Shown here one piece after another: positions 18,257-28,545 of a stretch of 64,000 bases of DNA. A program made the position numbers and the translations under genes. Positions within the stretch are counted from its first letter, which is position 1. The number at the start of each line of letters is the position of its first letter. Source of the stretch: an uncultured Actinomycetes bacterium (GTDB lineage: Bacteria > Actinomycetota > Thermoleophilia > Gaiellales > JAICJC01); assembly GCA_963706075.1 (NCBI GenBank), contig CAVPLP010000002.1, positions 345,626 through 409,625 of the forward strand, read 5' to 3'. Below the pieces are notes generated by a model. It worked only from the letters and a program-made list of their open reading frames with translations, was not told where the DNA came from and searched no databases.

Positions 18257-18407
18257 ATCCGCGACCGACCTGGCGCAGGCGCTGAAGCGCGCGTCCGAGG
18301 CGCACGGCGAGCACGAGAAGCGCACCGGAGAGGCCGACCCGGACTGGCCCGCCTGGTACGCCGAGTACATGGTGCGCGAGCGGGCGGGCGAGGAGCTGCC
18401 GACATGA
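18240..18407 (+). CDS. 55-aa protein absent from the ORF track ([55 protein letters not shown])
   Basis: RBS AAAGGAGA; stop overlaps the next ATG; resembles the C-terminal extension of actinobacterial glyoxalases. Confidence 0.85.
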   Translation: MQTTFESATDLAQALKRASEAHGEHEKRTGEADPDWPAWYAEYMVRERAGEELPT

Positions 18408-19765
18408 CGACCGACTACGACGTCATCGTCCTCGGCGGCGGCTCGCCGGGTGAGCACTGCGCCGGAGCGCTGGCCGAGGGCGGCCTGCGGGTCGCCGTGG
18501 TCGAGCGCGAGCTGGTCGGAGGCGAGTGCTCGTACTGGGCCTGCATCCCGTCGAAGACGCTGCTTCGCCAGGGCGAGGCCGTCCAGGCCGCACGCGACGC
18601 GACGGCGAGTGCCGAGGTCGACGTCGAGGCGGCGCTCGCCTGGCGCGACTTCATGGTCTCGGACTGGTCCGATGCCGGTCAGGAGCGCTGGCTCGCAAAC
18701 GCGGGCATCGACCTTCTGCGCGGCAGCGGCCGCCTGGCGGGCCCCGGCGCGGTCGAGGTCGACGGCGTCCGCCACACGGCCGAGCACGTCGTCCTGGCAA
18801 ACGGGGCCGATCCGTTCGTGCCGCCCGTGCCCGGCCTGCGCGAGCTCGACGGCGTCTGGAGCAGCCGCGACGCGACCAGCATGAAGGCGGTCCCCCGCCG
18901 CCTCATCATCCTGGGCGGCGGGCCGGTCGGCGTCGAGATGGCACAGGCCGTGCGGAGCCTGGGCGGGGAGGTGGTGCTCGTCGAGGGCGCCAAGCACCTG
19001 CTCTCGAAGGAGCCGGCGCTCCTCGGCGAGGCGCTCGGCGGTGCCCTCGAGCGCGAGGGAATCGAGCTCGTCCTCGGGGCCAGGGCGGCCGCGGCCCGGC
19101 GCGACGGCGACGACTACGTCCTCGAGCTGGACGACGGCCGCGAGCTGCGCGGCGAGCGCCTGCTCGTCGCCACGGGCCGGCGGCCGCGTGTCGAGGGGAT
19201 CGGGCTCGAGACGGTCGGCATCACGGCCAACGGCCACGGCATCCCCGTCGACGCGCACCTGCGGGCCGGCGAGGGGCTGTGGGCCATCGGCGACGTGACC
19301 GGCATCTGGCCGCTGACGCACGTCGGCAAGTATCAGGGCGACATCGTCGCCGCCAACATCCTCGGCGATCCGCAGGAGGCCAACTACGAGGCCGTGCCGC
19401 GGGTCGTCTACACGAGCCCGCAGGCGGCGTCGGTGGGCACGGCGGAGGCCCGCTTCGGCGCGACCGCCGTCCTGCCCGAGGTGGCGAAGACGGCCACGTA
19501 CACACGCAGGTACGCCGAGTCCAACGGCTTCCTGACGCTGCTCAGCGACGGCGAGCGGCTGACCGGCGCCTACGCGCTCGGCCCGGAGGCCGGCGAGTGG
19601 CTCCAGCAGGCGACGCTCGCCATCCGCGCGCGCGTTCCCTTGAACGTCCTCCGCGACACGATCCAGCCGTTCCCCACGTTCTCGGAGATCTACGTCGCGG
19701 CGCTGAAGTCGCTCGCAGGCGAGATCCGGGGGCGCACGGGAGCGGAGAAAGAGGCGTACGCATGA
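18404..19765 (+). CDS. Class I pyridine nucleotide-disulfide oxidoreductase (Lpd/MerA-like)
   Basis: [13 protein letters not shown] redox disulfide, GGGPVG.E, ATGRRP, WAIGD. Confidence 0.92.
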   Translation: MTTDYDVIVLGGGSPGEHCAGALAEGGLRVAVVERELVGGECSYWACIPSKTLLRQGEAVQAARDATASAEVDVEAALAWRDFMVSDWSDAGQERWLANAGIDLLRGSGRLAGPGAVEVDGVRHTAEHVVLANGADPFVPPVPGLRELDGVWSSRDATSMKAVPRRLIILGGGPVGVEMAQAVRSLGGEVVLVEGAKHLLSKEPALLGEALGGALEREGIELVLGARAAAARRDGDDYVLELDDGRELRGERLLVATGRRPRVEGIGLETVGITANGHGIPVDAHLRAGEGLWAIGDVTGIWPLTHVGKYQGDIVAANILGDPQEANYEAVPRVVYTSPQAASVGTAEARFGATAVLPEVAKTATYTRRYAESNGFLTLLSDGERLTGAYALGPEAGEWLQQATLAIRARVPLNVLRDTIQPFPTFSEIYVAALKSLAGEIRGRTGAEKEAYA

Positions 19766-21315
19766 ACCGGGGGACGGTCGGCGGCACGAACGTCGCCGGC
19801 TCCACGGCGGTCGATGAGGACGTGGTCGCCGCGCCGTCAGCGGGCGGCGCCGGGGCCGGGCTGATCGCGGTTCGCAGCCCGGCCGGCACGGCGCTCATCG
19901 TGGCGACGACGCTCGCGTCGACCGTCGGGTTCTTCGACGCCAACGTCGTCACCGTGGCGGTCCCGGCGATCAGCCGCGACCTGCACGCGAGCGTCGCGTC
20001 GGTGCAGTGGATCCTGACCGGATACCTGCTCGCCGTCGCCGGCCTGCTGCTCGTGGCGGGGGCGTTCTCCGACCGGTTCGGCCGGCGGCGGATCCTGGCC
20101 GTCGGGCTGACGGTGATGCTCGTCGCGTCGCTGCCGTGCGCGCTCGCCCCGTCGTCGGGATTCCTGATCGCGGCCCGCGTCGCACAGGGAATCGGAGCGG
20201 CCATGGTCGTCCCGTCGAGCCTCGCGCTCCTGAACGGCACGCTGCGCGTGTCCGACCGCGCTCGCGGCATCGGCGTCTGGGCCGGCCTCGCGACGCTCGG
20301 GACGACGTTCGGCCCGTTCGTCGGCGGCTGGCTCGTCGACCACGCGTCGTGGCGGTGGCTGTTCGTCGCCAACGTCCCGCTGATCCTCGGGGCGCTGGCC
20401 GCGCTCGCCCGCGTGCCCGAGAGCGGAGACCTCAGCCGCCGGCTCTCGCCCGACGTCCTCGGCGGGCTGCTCGCGGTGCTCGGGCTCGGCGGCGTCATCT
20501 ACGCGCTGACCGACGGCGCGGCCAACGGCTGGTCAAACCCCCGCGTCCCCATCTCGCTCGCCGTCGGGATCGGCTCGCTGATCGCCCTCGTGCCCGTCGA
20601 GCGCCGGCTGCGCTCTCCGATGCTGCGGCTCTCACTTTTCAAGTCGCGCCAGTTCGACGGGATCAACGCCATGACCGTCCTCTACTACGGCGCCCTGGCG
20701 GCGGCCGGTTATCTCGTGGTGCTGCAATGCCAGCTCCAGCTGGGCTACACGCCGACCCAGGCCGGCGCAGCCCTGATCCCGGCGTCGGCGGTGTTCCTGG
20801 TGCTCTCCCCGGTCAGCGGGGCCCTCACCGCCCGCCTCGGGCCGCGGCGCCTGATGGTGGCCGGGATCCTGGCGTTCGCGGTCGGCCTCTTGTGGCTGTC
20901 GACCGCCGAGTCGGGCTCGGGCTATGTCCAGACGATCCTGCCGGGAGCGCTGCTCTGGGGGCTCGGGATCGGGCTCGCAGTCACGCCGTTGACCGCTGCC
21001 GTCCTGGCCGCGGTCGGAGACCCCGACCTGGGTGAGGCGGCGTCGATCAGCGATGCCGCCTCACGGCTCGGCGGCGTTATCGCCATCGCAGCCGTGCCGG
21101 CGCTGGTCGGCGCGACCGGAGGACTCAGCCTGGGCGACGCCCTGGCTGACGGGTACCAGCCGGCGATGATCGCCGCCGCGGTCGTCTGCGTGCTGGCGGC
21201 CGCCGTCACGTGGATCTTCGTCTCCGACGACTCCGAGGAGCCGCCGCGCTTCGCGCCGCCGCCGCCTCAGGGCTGCATCCCGCCGAATCTCAACCGACCG
21301 CTGGAGGAGTCATGA
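19762..21315 (+). CDS. MFS transporter, DHA2 (14-TM) type
   Basis: [33 protein letters not shown]. Confidence 0.93.
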   Translation: MNRGTVGGTNVAGSTAVDEDVVAAPSAGGAGAGLIAVRSPAGTALIVATTLASTVGFFDANVVTVAVPAISRDLHASVASVQWILTGYLLAVAGLLLVAGAFSDRFGRRRILAVGLTVMLVASLPCALAPSSGFLIAARVAQGIGAAMVVPSSLALLNGTLRVSDRARGIGVWAGLATLGTTFGPFVGGWLVDHASWRWLFVANVPLILGALAALARVPESGDLSRRLSPDVLGGLLAVLGLGGVIYALTDGAANGWSNPRVPISLAVGIGSLIALVPVERRLRSPMLRLSLFKSRQFDGINAMTVLYYGALAAAGYLVVLQCQLQLGYTPTQAGAALIPASAVFLVLSPVSGALTARLGPRRLMVAGILAFAVGLLWLSTAESGSGYVQTILPGALLWGLGIGLAVTPLTAAVLAAVGDPDLGEAASISDAASRLGGVIAIAAVPALVGATGGLSLGDALADGYQPAMIAAAVVCVLAAAVTWIFVSDDSEEPPRFAPPPPQGCIPPNLNRPLEES

Positions 21316-22070
21316 CCGTCGAATCCGCTTCCGCTCCCAGCCTTCGTGGCCAGGGGCTCACCGGCCAGACCGCCGTGATCATCGGCGGCAGCTCGGGCAT
21401 CGGGCTGTCCACCGCCGAGGCGGTGCGCGCCGCCGGCGGCGACGTCGTCCTCACGGGGCGCGACGCCGGCCGGCTCGCCGAGGCCGCCGCCCGGACACAG
21501 GCGGTCGGCACGGAGGCGTTCGACGCCACTGACCACGACGCGCTCGTGGCGTTCTTCGAGGGCCTCGAGACGCCGATCGACCACGTGATGGTGAGCGCCG
21601 GCGGCTCGTACTACGCCCCGCTCGCCGAGATCGACTTCGAACGGGCACGGCGCGAGGTGGACGAGCACGTCTTGCTCGCCTTCGACGTCGCCCGCCAGAT
21701 CGCCGGCCGCGTGCGCCCGGGTGGGACGCTGCTCCTCATGAGCGGCACCGGCGCGCGCCGGCCCGGGATCGGCCTGGGAGTGGCGTCGGCGATCACGGCC
21801 GCGATGCCGGCGGTCGTCGCCAACCTGGCGCTCGAGATCGCCCCGATCCGCGTCAACCTCATCGCCCCGGGGTTCGTCGACACGCCGCTCTCGGCGCGGT
21901 TGTTGGGCGACGACCTCGATGCGCGCCGCGCCGAGCTCCGCGAGACGCTGCCGACCGGCCGCGTCGTCGGGCCGGCGGACGTGGCGGCGCTCGCCGTCCA
22001 CCTCATGGTCAACACCGCCCTGACCGGCGCGGTCTACGACATCGACGGAGGCCAGCAGCTGGCCCGGTGA
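21312..22070 (+). CDS. Short-chain dehydrogenase/reductase (atypical, no YxxxK)
   Basis: GGSSGIG, IRVNLIAPG, DGG. Confidence 0.9.
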   Translation: MTVESASAPSLRGQGLTGQTAVIIGGSSGIGLSTAEAVRAAGGDVVLTGRDAGRLAEAAARTQAVGTEAFDATDHDALVAFFEGLETPIDHVMVSAGGSYYAPLAEIDFERARREVDEHVLLAFDVARQIAGRVRPGGTLLLMSGTGARRPGIGLGVASAITAAMPAVVANLALEIAPIRVNLIAPGFVDTPLSARLLGDDLDARRAELRETLPTGRVVGPADVAALAVHLMVNTALTGAVYDIDGGQQLAR

Positions 22071-22086
22071 CGATGACACGACCGTG

Positions 22087-22401
22087 TCAGGTGCGGCGCG
22101 CCAGGCGGTCCATCTCGCGGTCGATCTCGGCCTCGGTGATCGGGTGGCGGACATAGACGTCCCAGGCGTTGAAGACCACGCCCAGGCCCCAGGCGAGAGT
22201 GATCCAGAGCGGCCATGGCTCCCAGCCGCCGGACGTCGTCGCGCCGATCACCGCCCAGATGCCCCAGATGACCAGGTTGAACGCGAGATAGACGAAGGCG
22301 TGGGCGTGGAAGTCACGGCGCTTCTTGAGCTGGCGAAGCGCCTGCTCCCGCAGCACCTCCGGACTCGTCCCAACGATCTCGTCTGAATCGAGCTTCTCCA
22401 T
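22087..22401 (-). CDS. 2TM domain protein
   Basis: F..HA.VY..FN..IW, WPLW..LAWGLG, ITEAEIDRE. Confidence 0.85.
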   Translation of the reverse strand: MEKLDSDEIVGTSPEVLREQALRQLKKRRDFHAHAFVYLAFNLVIWGIWAVIGATTSGGWEPWPLWITLAWGLGVVFNAWDVYVRHPITEAEIDREMDRLARRT

Positions 22402-22476
22402 ATCCTTAGCTGAGCACCGATCGCCGCCGGCCGCATCGGGGCAACCGCCTAACTGCAGGTTCGGGATTCGTGCAGC

Positions 22477-23614
22477 TCAGTCGACCACGAAGAGCGGCTC
22501 GCCGAGCCTCTCGAGGTCGACCTCGATGCCGAGCCCGGGGCCCGTCGGCGCCGCACCCACGCCGTTTGACGACCGAGGCTGGTACCCGGCGACGTGCTCG
22601 TTCGTCCAGTCGTTCATGAACGAGACCGTGAGCAGGTGCTCGGGCCGCGTGCTGGCCGCGAGATGCGCGACGGCGGCGGTCGTGACGTCGCCGCCCCACG
22701 TGTCCTCCAGCGTGACCCGCAGGCCGAGGTCCTGGGCCAGGTCGCGCATGAGGCGGGCATTCGTGAGCCCGCCCACGCGGCTGATCTTCAGGTTGAACGC
22801 CTCGAGCGCGTTCGCGGACGACGGCACGGAGGAGCGAGGGGACGTCGAGGATGATCTCGTCGAGCACCATCGGCAGGGTCGTGTGCCTGCGCACGGCCAC
22901 GCACTCCTCGAGCGTGCGGCACGGCTGCTCGAGGTAGACGCGGTCGAGCGGGTCGAGCAGGCGCGCGGCGACCACGGCGTCCTGCGGGAGCCAGCCGCAG
23001 TTGGCGTCGGCGATCAGGAGGCCCTGGTCGCCGACCAGGCGGGCGACCTCGGCGGCGCGGGCCGCGTCGTCGTGGGGGTCGGCGCCGAGCTTGAGCTGGA
23101 AGTGGCGCACGCCCTCGGCCATCCGCTCTCCGACGAACCGGGCCATCTCGTCGACCGGTGCCAGCGGCACGGCGACGTAGAGCGGGAAGCTCGCGGCCCG
23201 GAGGCCGCCCAGCAGGGCGTACAGGGGCAGCCCGGCGCGGCGGCCGAGGATGTCCCAGCAGGCGACGTCGACCGGGCTCTTGGCGTAGGCATGGCCGAGG
23301 AGCGCGCCGTCCATGGCGGTCCCGACGGCGGCCAGGTTCGCCGCGTCGACGCCGATCAGCGCCGGGCCGATCTCGCGCAGCGCGGCCCGCGCCCCCTCGG
23401 CGAACGCGGGCAGGTAGCGCGTCCCCAGCGGGCACACCTCGCCGTAGCCGGCCGCGCCGTCGGCCGTGACGACGCGGACGATCGTGCTCTCGAGCGCGTC
23501 CAGGACCCGGCCCTCGGACATCGCGTAGGAGCCGTGCGCGTAGGTCAGCTCGTAGCCGTAGACCTCGACCCGCTCGATCGTGCTTGCGGCCGCGGGCTCA
23601 GGCAAAGAGCTCAC
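22477..23614 (-). CDS. Enolase superfamily (mandelate racemase/MLE) enzyme, hydroxyproline-betaine epimerase / cis-3-hydroxyproline dehydratase-like; frameshift near 22815
   Basis: GYGEVCP, QLKLG, DANCGW, EQP, LDE, then NLKISRVGG and EDTWGGD in a second frame. Confidence 0.85.
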
Positions 23615-24821
23615 GCAGGTGGTCGTTCAGGAAGACGCCGCGTGGGTCGAGCTCGCGGCGCAGGGCGACGAAGTCGGCGGCCCGCGGGTAGCGGGCGTGG
23701 AGCTGCTCGGCGGTCAGGTAGTGGAGCTTCCCCCAGTGGACGCGCGCGTCGAACTCGCCCAGGAGCCGGTCGACGTCGCGCAGGTACGGCTCGTAGTCCG
23801 TCCCCGGCATGCCCGACACCGAGATGACGACGCTCGGGCGTCCGTAGGAGTGCGAGAGCCAGCTTTCGTCGGCGGCGACCGTGCGCACCTCCATCGGGAA
23901 GATGGAGTCGGGCAGCCGGGCCAGCATCAGCTCGCGCATCGCCGCCACGGCCTCGGCGCCGCGGTCATACGGGACGAAGTACTCGAGCTCGTGGAAGTTC
24001 GGCTCGAAGGTCATCGGGTAGATGCGGTAGCTGCGGTCGACCCGCTGACCGGCCACGGCAGAGTCGGGCACGGAGCCGCCCGCCTCGTCGTAGATCTTGA
24101 CGTAGCAGCTGTCGGCGAGGGCGGCGCCCTCGGGCGCGGTCAGGCCGTAGAGCTCCGCGGAGCCCTCTGCGGGGATCCAGAAGAACGAGTAGTGACGGTG
24201 CGCGCGGGCCATCTCGTCGAGCCGGCCCCACGCCTCATCCCACGTCCAGTGCTCGATCCGCTCCGCGAGCCGGTGGGCCGGCACGGCCTGGAGCTCGACC
24301 TCGGTGATCACGCCGAGCATGCCGAGGGCGACCTGGGCCGCGGGCAGCCGCGGATCGTCCTCGCCGAGCTCGAGCACATCTCCGTCGGCGATCACGAGGC
24401 GCATGCGGCGGACCGTCGCCGAGAAGGACTGGAGCCCGAGGCCCGAGCCGTGGGTCGCCGTGGCGACGGCGCCGGCGATGCCCTGCGTGTCGATATCTCC
24501 CTGGTTCTCGAGCGCCAGCCCGGCGTCCCAGAGCGGCGGCCCGAACGCGGCGACCGGCGTTCCCGGGAGCGCGGTCACCCGGCCGGTCGCCGAGTCGATG
24601 CCCGTGACGCCGGTCATCCGGTCCGTCCGAAGGAGCGTCCCGCCGGTCAAAGAGATCGGGCTGAACGAGTGGCCGGTCGCGGCGCAGCGGACGTGGGAGG
24701 CGCCCCGCACCACGGCCTGGATCTCGGCCTCGGACGCGGGCGACTCGACCGCGCGCGGCTCGCACGTCTGGTTCCCGGCCCAGTTGGTGAAGCGGTGCGC
24801 GGTCTGCGATCCGGCGGACAA
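23598..24821 (-). CDS. FAD-linked oxidase (ALO/alditol oxidase family)
   Basis: NWAGN, GHSFS, TATHGSG, R.HWGK, LDP.GVFLN; TTG start inferred. Confidence 0.9.
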   Translation of the reverse strand: MSAGSQTAHRFTNWAGNQTCEPRAVESPASEAEIQAVVRGASHVRCAATGHSFSPISLTGGTLLRTDRMTGVTGIDSATGRVTALPGTPVAAFGPPLWDAGLALENQGDIDTQGIAGAVATATHGSGLGLQSFSATVRRMRLVIADGDVLELGEDDPRLPAAQVALGMLGVITEVELQAVPAHRLAERIEHWTWDEAWGRLDEMARAHRHYSFFWIPAEGSAELYGLTAPEGAALADSCYVKIYDEAGGSVPDSAVAGQRVDRSYRIYPMTFEPNFHELEYFVPYDRGAEAVAAMRELMLARLPDSIFPMEVRTVAADESWLSHSYGRPSVVISVSGMPGTDYEPYLRDVDRLLGEFDARVHWGKLHYLTAEQLHARYPRAADFVALRRELDPRGVFLNDHLRELFA

Positions 24822-24842
24822 GACGACGAGCTTACCGTGCCG

Positions 24843-24875
24843 AAAAGGGTGGGCCGGGGCGACCCCGGCCCACCC
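24843..24875 (-). terminator. Intrinsic terminator
   Basis: 13-bp perfect stem GGGTGGGCCGGGG/CCCCGGCCCACCC followed by TTTT on the minus strand. Confidence 0.85.
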
Positions 24876-24887
24876 GGTTGGCATGGA

Positions 24888-25286
24888 TCAGAAGGTCCCG
24901 CTCGCGATGAGCGTGCCGCCGAGCGTGCGCACGCGAACCGTCGAGCCGGCCTTGATGGTCGGCACGGCCTGACCCGCGCCCGTGTTCCGGTTGACGGTGA
25001 AGTGCCCCAGGCTATTGACCAGCGGCGTCGCGAGCAGGTGGCCGTTCACGTTCACGTTGACGCGCTTGCCGGCCAGCGACCGAATGTGCTGGACGTCGAC
25101 CTCGAGCTCGCGCTCGTTGCCGTTGACCTTGGAGACCGCCTTGCCCGTGGCGTTGGGGAACGACACGCTGCCCTTGAGGCTGATGGTGCGCTGCGTGCCG
25201 CCGCCCTTGGCCGAGGCCGCCGGTGCGATCGCCACCGCCAGTGCGAGACAGGCGATGAGTGCAGTGATGAATGTGGTGCGCCGCAT
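24888..25286 (-). CDS. Secreted beta-rich hypothetical protein
   Basis: Signal peptide ending ASA-K; GGGAGGG RBS. Confidence 0.8.
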   Translation of the reverse strand: MRRTTFITALIACLALAVAIAPAASAKGGGTQRTISLKGSVSFPNATGKAVSKVNGNERELEVDVQHIRSLAGKRVNVNVNGHLLATPLVNSLGHFTVNRNTGAGQAVPTIKAGSTVRVRTLGGTLIASGTF

Positions 25287-25362
25287 GTGGTTGACCCTCC
25301 CGAGTCGGTTCTGGTGTAAGGCCATGGTGCGTGGAGCCGCGTCGCGGCCGCAACGCGACATT

Positions 25363-25374
25363 GGTCCTAGGACC
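25363..25374. promoter_or_regulatory. Palindrome GGTCCTAGGACC, candidate NarL-family operator
   Basis: Perfect 12-bp palindrome between the divergent secreted gene and the two-component system. Confidence 0.45.
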
Positions 25375-25436
25375 GTGGCGGTCCGCGCGCTGGCGAGGCA
25401 TGCTGGACGCGTGCACAACGCCGGCCCGTTCACGTC

Positions 25437-26738
25437 ATGAGGCCCGACCGCGGAGCGATCCTGCGCCCGGTCGCCGTCTTCGCGCTCTCGGGCCTCGCCG
25501 TCCTTGCGCTGGTCGCCCTGGCCGGGACGCTGGCGCTCCGGAGCCTCAGCACCTCGGAGGCGGTGCGCGATGCGCGACGGCTGGCGACGCTGACCGGCCG
25601 GGGCATCGTCGAGCCGGCGCTGACGACGGCCGTTGTGCGCGGCGACCCTCACGCGATCGCACGCCTCGACCGGATCGTGCGCCGCCGAGTGCTCGCCCCC
25701 GACGTCGCGCGCGTGAAGGTGTGGAACGCCGAGGGGACGATCCTGTACTCGGACGACCCGTCGCTGATCGGCCGCCGGTACTCGCTCGCGCCGGAGGACC
25801 TGCGTGCGCTCCGCACCGCCACGGCGTCGGCCCGGAAGACCGACCTGTCGGAGCCGGAGAACGCCCACGAGCGCACCCTCGGCGATCTGACCTCGGTGTA
25901 CCTCGGGCTCCGCGCCCAGGACGGAACCCCGGTGCTCTATGAGGAGTACCTGCGATCGAGCGCGATCGCGGGCCGGAGCGGAAGGCTGGTGCGGCTGTTC
26001 GCCCCGGTCGGGATCATCGCGCTCCTGGTGCTCGCGGCGCTCCAGATCCCGCTGGCGTGGCGGATGGCGTCGCGGATCCGCAAGGCGCAGCAGGACCGCG
26101 AACGGCTGCTCCAGCGCGCCATCGAGGCATCCGACCGGGAGCGCCGGCTGATCGCCGCAGGGCTGCACGATGGCGTCGTCCAGGAGCTCGCCGGCCACTC
26201 GTTCCAGATGGCCGCGGCGTTGGAGCAGGATCAGTCGAACGCACAGCTGCGGCGGGTGCTGAGCGACGCCGCCGCCGGGACGCGCAACGCGATCAGGCAG
26301 CTCCGGTCCATGCTGCTCGAGATCTATCCTCCGGCGCTTCGCGACCACGGCCTGGCCTCGGCGCTGCCCGACGCCGTCGCACCGCTCGTCGCCCGCGGCG
26401 TCAACGTCACGGTCGATGTGGAGGATGGCCTCGAGATGCCGGCCGAGATCGAGCAGCTGGTCTTCCGGACGGCGCAGGAGGCGATTCGCAACGCCGGAGC
26501 GCACGCCGCCGCGTGCAACGTCACCGTCCGCGTCACACAGACCGGCGACACGGTGAGCCTGCGCGTCGCCGACGACGGCCGGGGGTTCGACGACGAGGAC
26601 GTGCAGACCAGCCGCACCGGGGGGCACCTGGGCCTTGCGCTGCTCCGAGACCTGGCCGAGTCTGCGGGTGGGACGCTGACCGTGACGTCGAAGCCGGGCT
26701 CAGGCACGGACGTCGATCTGGAGGTGTCGGCGACGTGA
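25437..26738 (+). CDS. Sensor histidine kinase (HisKA_3)
   Basis: Two TMs, ERRLIAAGLHDGVVQ, QEAIRN, DDGRGF, GHLGL. Confidence 0.95.
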   Translation: MRPDRGAILRPVAVFALSGLAVLALVALAGTLALRSLSTSEAVRDARRLATLTGRGIVEPALTTAVVRGDPHAIARLDRIVRRRVLAPDVARVKVWNAEGTILYSDDPSLIGRRYSLAPEDLRALRTATASARKTDLSEPENAHERTLGDLTSVYLGLRAQDGTPVLYEEYLRSSAIAGRSGRLVRLFAPVGIIALLVLAALQIPLAWRMASRIRKAQQDRERLLQRAIEASDRERRLIAAGLHDGVVQELAGHSFQMAAALEQDQSNAQLRRVLSDAAAGTRNAIRQLRSMLLEIYPPALRDHGLASALPDAVAPLVARGVNVTVDVEDGLEMPAEIEQLVFRTAQEAIRNAGAHAAACNVTVRVTQTGDTVSLRVADDGRGFDDEDVQTSRTGGHLGLALLRDLAESAGGTLTVTSKPGSGTDVDLEVSAT

Positions 26739-27352
26739 TCCGCGTCGCAGTCGTCGACGACCACACCATCGTCCGAAACGGGCTCGTGGCGCTGCTCGGT
26801 GCGCATGCCGATCTCGAGATCGTCGGCGCTGTCGGCGACGGCGAGGCAGCCGTCGCGCTCTGCGTCGAGCAACGACCCGACGTCGTGCTCATGGACCTCT
26901 CGATGCCCGGCGTCGGAGGCATCGAGGCGACCCGCCGGATCGCGGCCGAGGCTCCCGGCGTCCAGGTGGTCGTCCTGACCTCGTTCATGGACCGGGAGCG
27001 GATCGTCGAGGCGTTGAGCGCCGGCGCGATCGGGTATCTGCTGAAGGACGCCGAGCCCGAGGAGCTCATACGCGGCATCCACACAGCCGCCCGCGGCGAA
27101 TCGCCGCTCGATCCCCGGGCGGCGCGGACGATGCTCGGAGCCCAGCGCGCTCCCGACCCGCTGGATGTCCTCACGGATCGCGAACGCGAGGTGCTCGTGC
27201 TCGTGGCGGAGGGCCTGCCGAACAAGCAGATCGGACGCCGGCTCGAGATCAGCGAGAAGACCGTCAAGGCCCACCTGACCAGCATCTTCCGCGCGATCGG
27301 GGTCACCGACCGGATGCAGGCCGGGCTCTGGGCCCGGCGTCATGGGCTTTGA
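26735..27352 (+). CDS. NarL/LuxR family response regulator
   Basis: VVDDH, MDLSMP, LTDREREVL, SEKTVKAH. Confidence 0.95.
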   Translation: MIRVAVVDDHTIVRNGLVALLGAHADLEIVGAVGDGEAAVALCVEQRPDVVLMDLSMPGVGGIEATRRIAAEAPGVQVVVLTSFMDRERIVEALSAGAIGYLLKDAEPEELIRGIHTAARGESPLDPRAARTMLGAQRAPDPLDVLTDREREVLVLVAEGLPNKQIGRRLEISEKTVKAHLTSIFRAIGVTDRMQAGLWARRHGL

Positions 27353-28142
27353 GCGCCGACTGCGTCTCGCCGCAGTGGGCTGTGCGCTCATCGTTGCGCT
27401 GACAAGCTGCAGCGGGTCTTCGGCGGGTGGCAACGTCCAGTCGCCCGGCGGCTCCACATACACGCTCATGCAGATGAACCTGTGCCTGTCCGGTCTTGCC
27501 GACTGCTACATCAAGGTCGCATATCCGGCCGCGGTGGAGGAGGCCGCGTCGCTGATACGTGACGTCCACCCCGACGCGGTGACCATCAGCGAGGGGTGCC
27601 GGGGCGACATCTCGCGGATAGCCCGGCGGACCGGTTATCACCTGCGCTTCTCAACCGTGATCTACGGCGGCGAGCCGTTCAGCTGCATCCACCCCGGCGG
27701 CCGCGGGGTCTTCGGCGACGCAGTGCTCACCGAGGCGCGGATCGTGAGCACCGACAACCAGGAGTTCACGGCGCAGGCGGGCATCGAACGGCGCCGGTGG
27801 CTGTGCGTCACCACCCGCGTCGACGTCGACGTGTGCACCACGCATCTGAACACCCGCTCGGCGGTCGAGGCGCCCGGGAACGACGCCCAGTGCGCCGAGC
27901 TCGCGGCCATTCTGGCACGTCGCTCGGCCGCTCACACCGTCATCTTCGGTGGTGACGTCAACCGCCGCACCACGTGCGCTCCCGCCGGCTTCTGGACACG
28001 GAACGACGCGTCTGCCGACCAGGCTCCCGGCCTTCAGCAGATCTATGGGAGTGGCGGCCTTCGCTCACCCTCAGCGAGGGTGGTGCCGTTCACGCACAGC
28101 GACCACGACGTCCTGATCGTCCGCGCGGCGCTCAGGCGATGA
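27342..28142 (+). CDS. Endonuclease/exonuclease/phosphatase family lipoprotein
   Basis: Lipobox LTSC; QMN, THL, GGDVN, SDH. Confidence 0.85.
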   Translation: MGFERRLRLAAVGCALIVALTSCSGSSAGGNVQSPGGSTYTLMQMNLCLSGLADCYIKVAYPAAVEEAASLIRDVHPDAVTISEGCRGDISRIARRTGYHLRFSTVIYGGEPFSCIHPGGRGVFGDAVLTEARIVSTDNQEFTAQAGIERRRWLCVTTRVDVDVCTTHLNTRSAVEAPGNDAQCAELAAILARRSAAHTVIFGGDVNRRTTCAPAGFWTRNDASADQAPGLQQIYGSGGLRSPSARVVPFTHSDHDVLIVRAALRR

Positions 28143-28159
28143 TCGAGCCAATACGCCGA

Positions 28160-28181
28160 AACCCGCCCTTGCGAGCGGGTT
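28160..28181. terminator. Hairpin between the convergent EEP gene and tRNA-Leu
   Basis: AACCCGC/GCGGGTT stem. Confidence 0.55.
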
Positions 28182-28191
28182 CCGACCGAGG

Positions 28192-28277
<86 letters not shown>

Positions 28278-28314
28278 AGGCGGTGCGGCCCGTAGTCTAT
28301 CCGCCGGATCGCGG

Positions 28315-28539
28315 CTAGAGCAGGAAGCCGAGCGCGATCACGTTGGCGGTGAAGAGCACGGCCACGAAGATCGTGAGGCGGGTGAGATTGCGCTCCATCA
28401 CGGCCGTTCCGCCGTAGCTCGACCCGCCTGGGTTGAGCATCCCCGAGAGGCCCGTGTCCTTGCCCGAGTGCATGAGGACGAGGACGACGAGCGCGACGCC
28501 GAGGATGACCTGAAGCCCCGAGAGGATGTGGGCCGCCAT
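28315..28539 (-). CDS. secG: Preprotein translocase subunit SecG
   Basis: LVLMHSGK..GLSG, ERNLTRLT; followed by tRNA-Leu. Confidence 0.95.
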   Translation of the reverse strand: MAAHILSGLQVILGVALVVLVLMHSGKDTGLSGMLNPGGSSYGGTAVMERNLTRLTIFVAVLFTANVIALGFLL

Positions 28540-28545
28540 GGCCGC

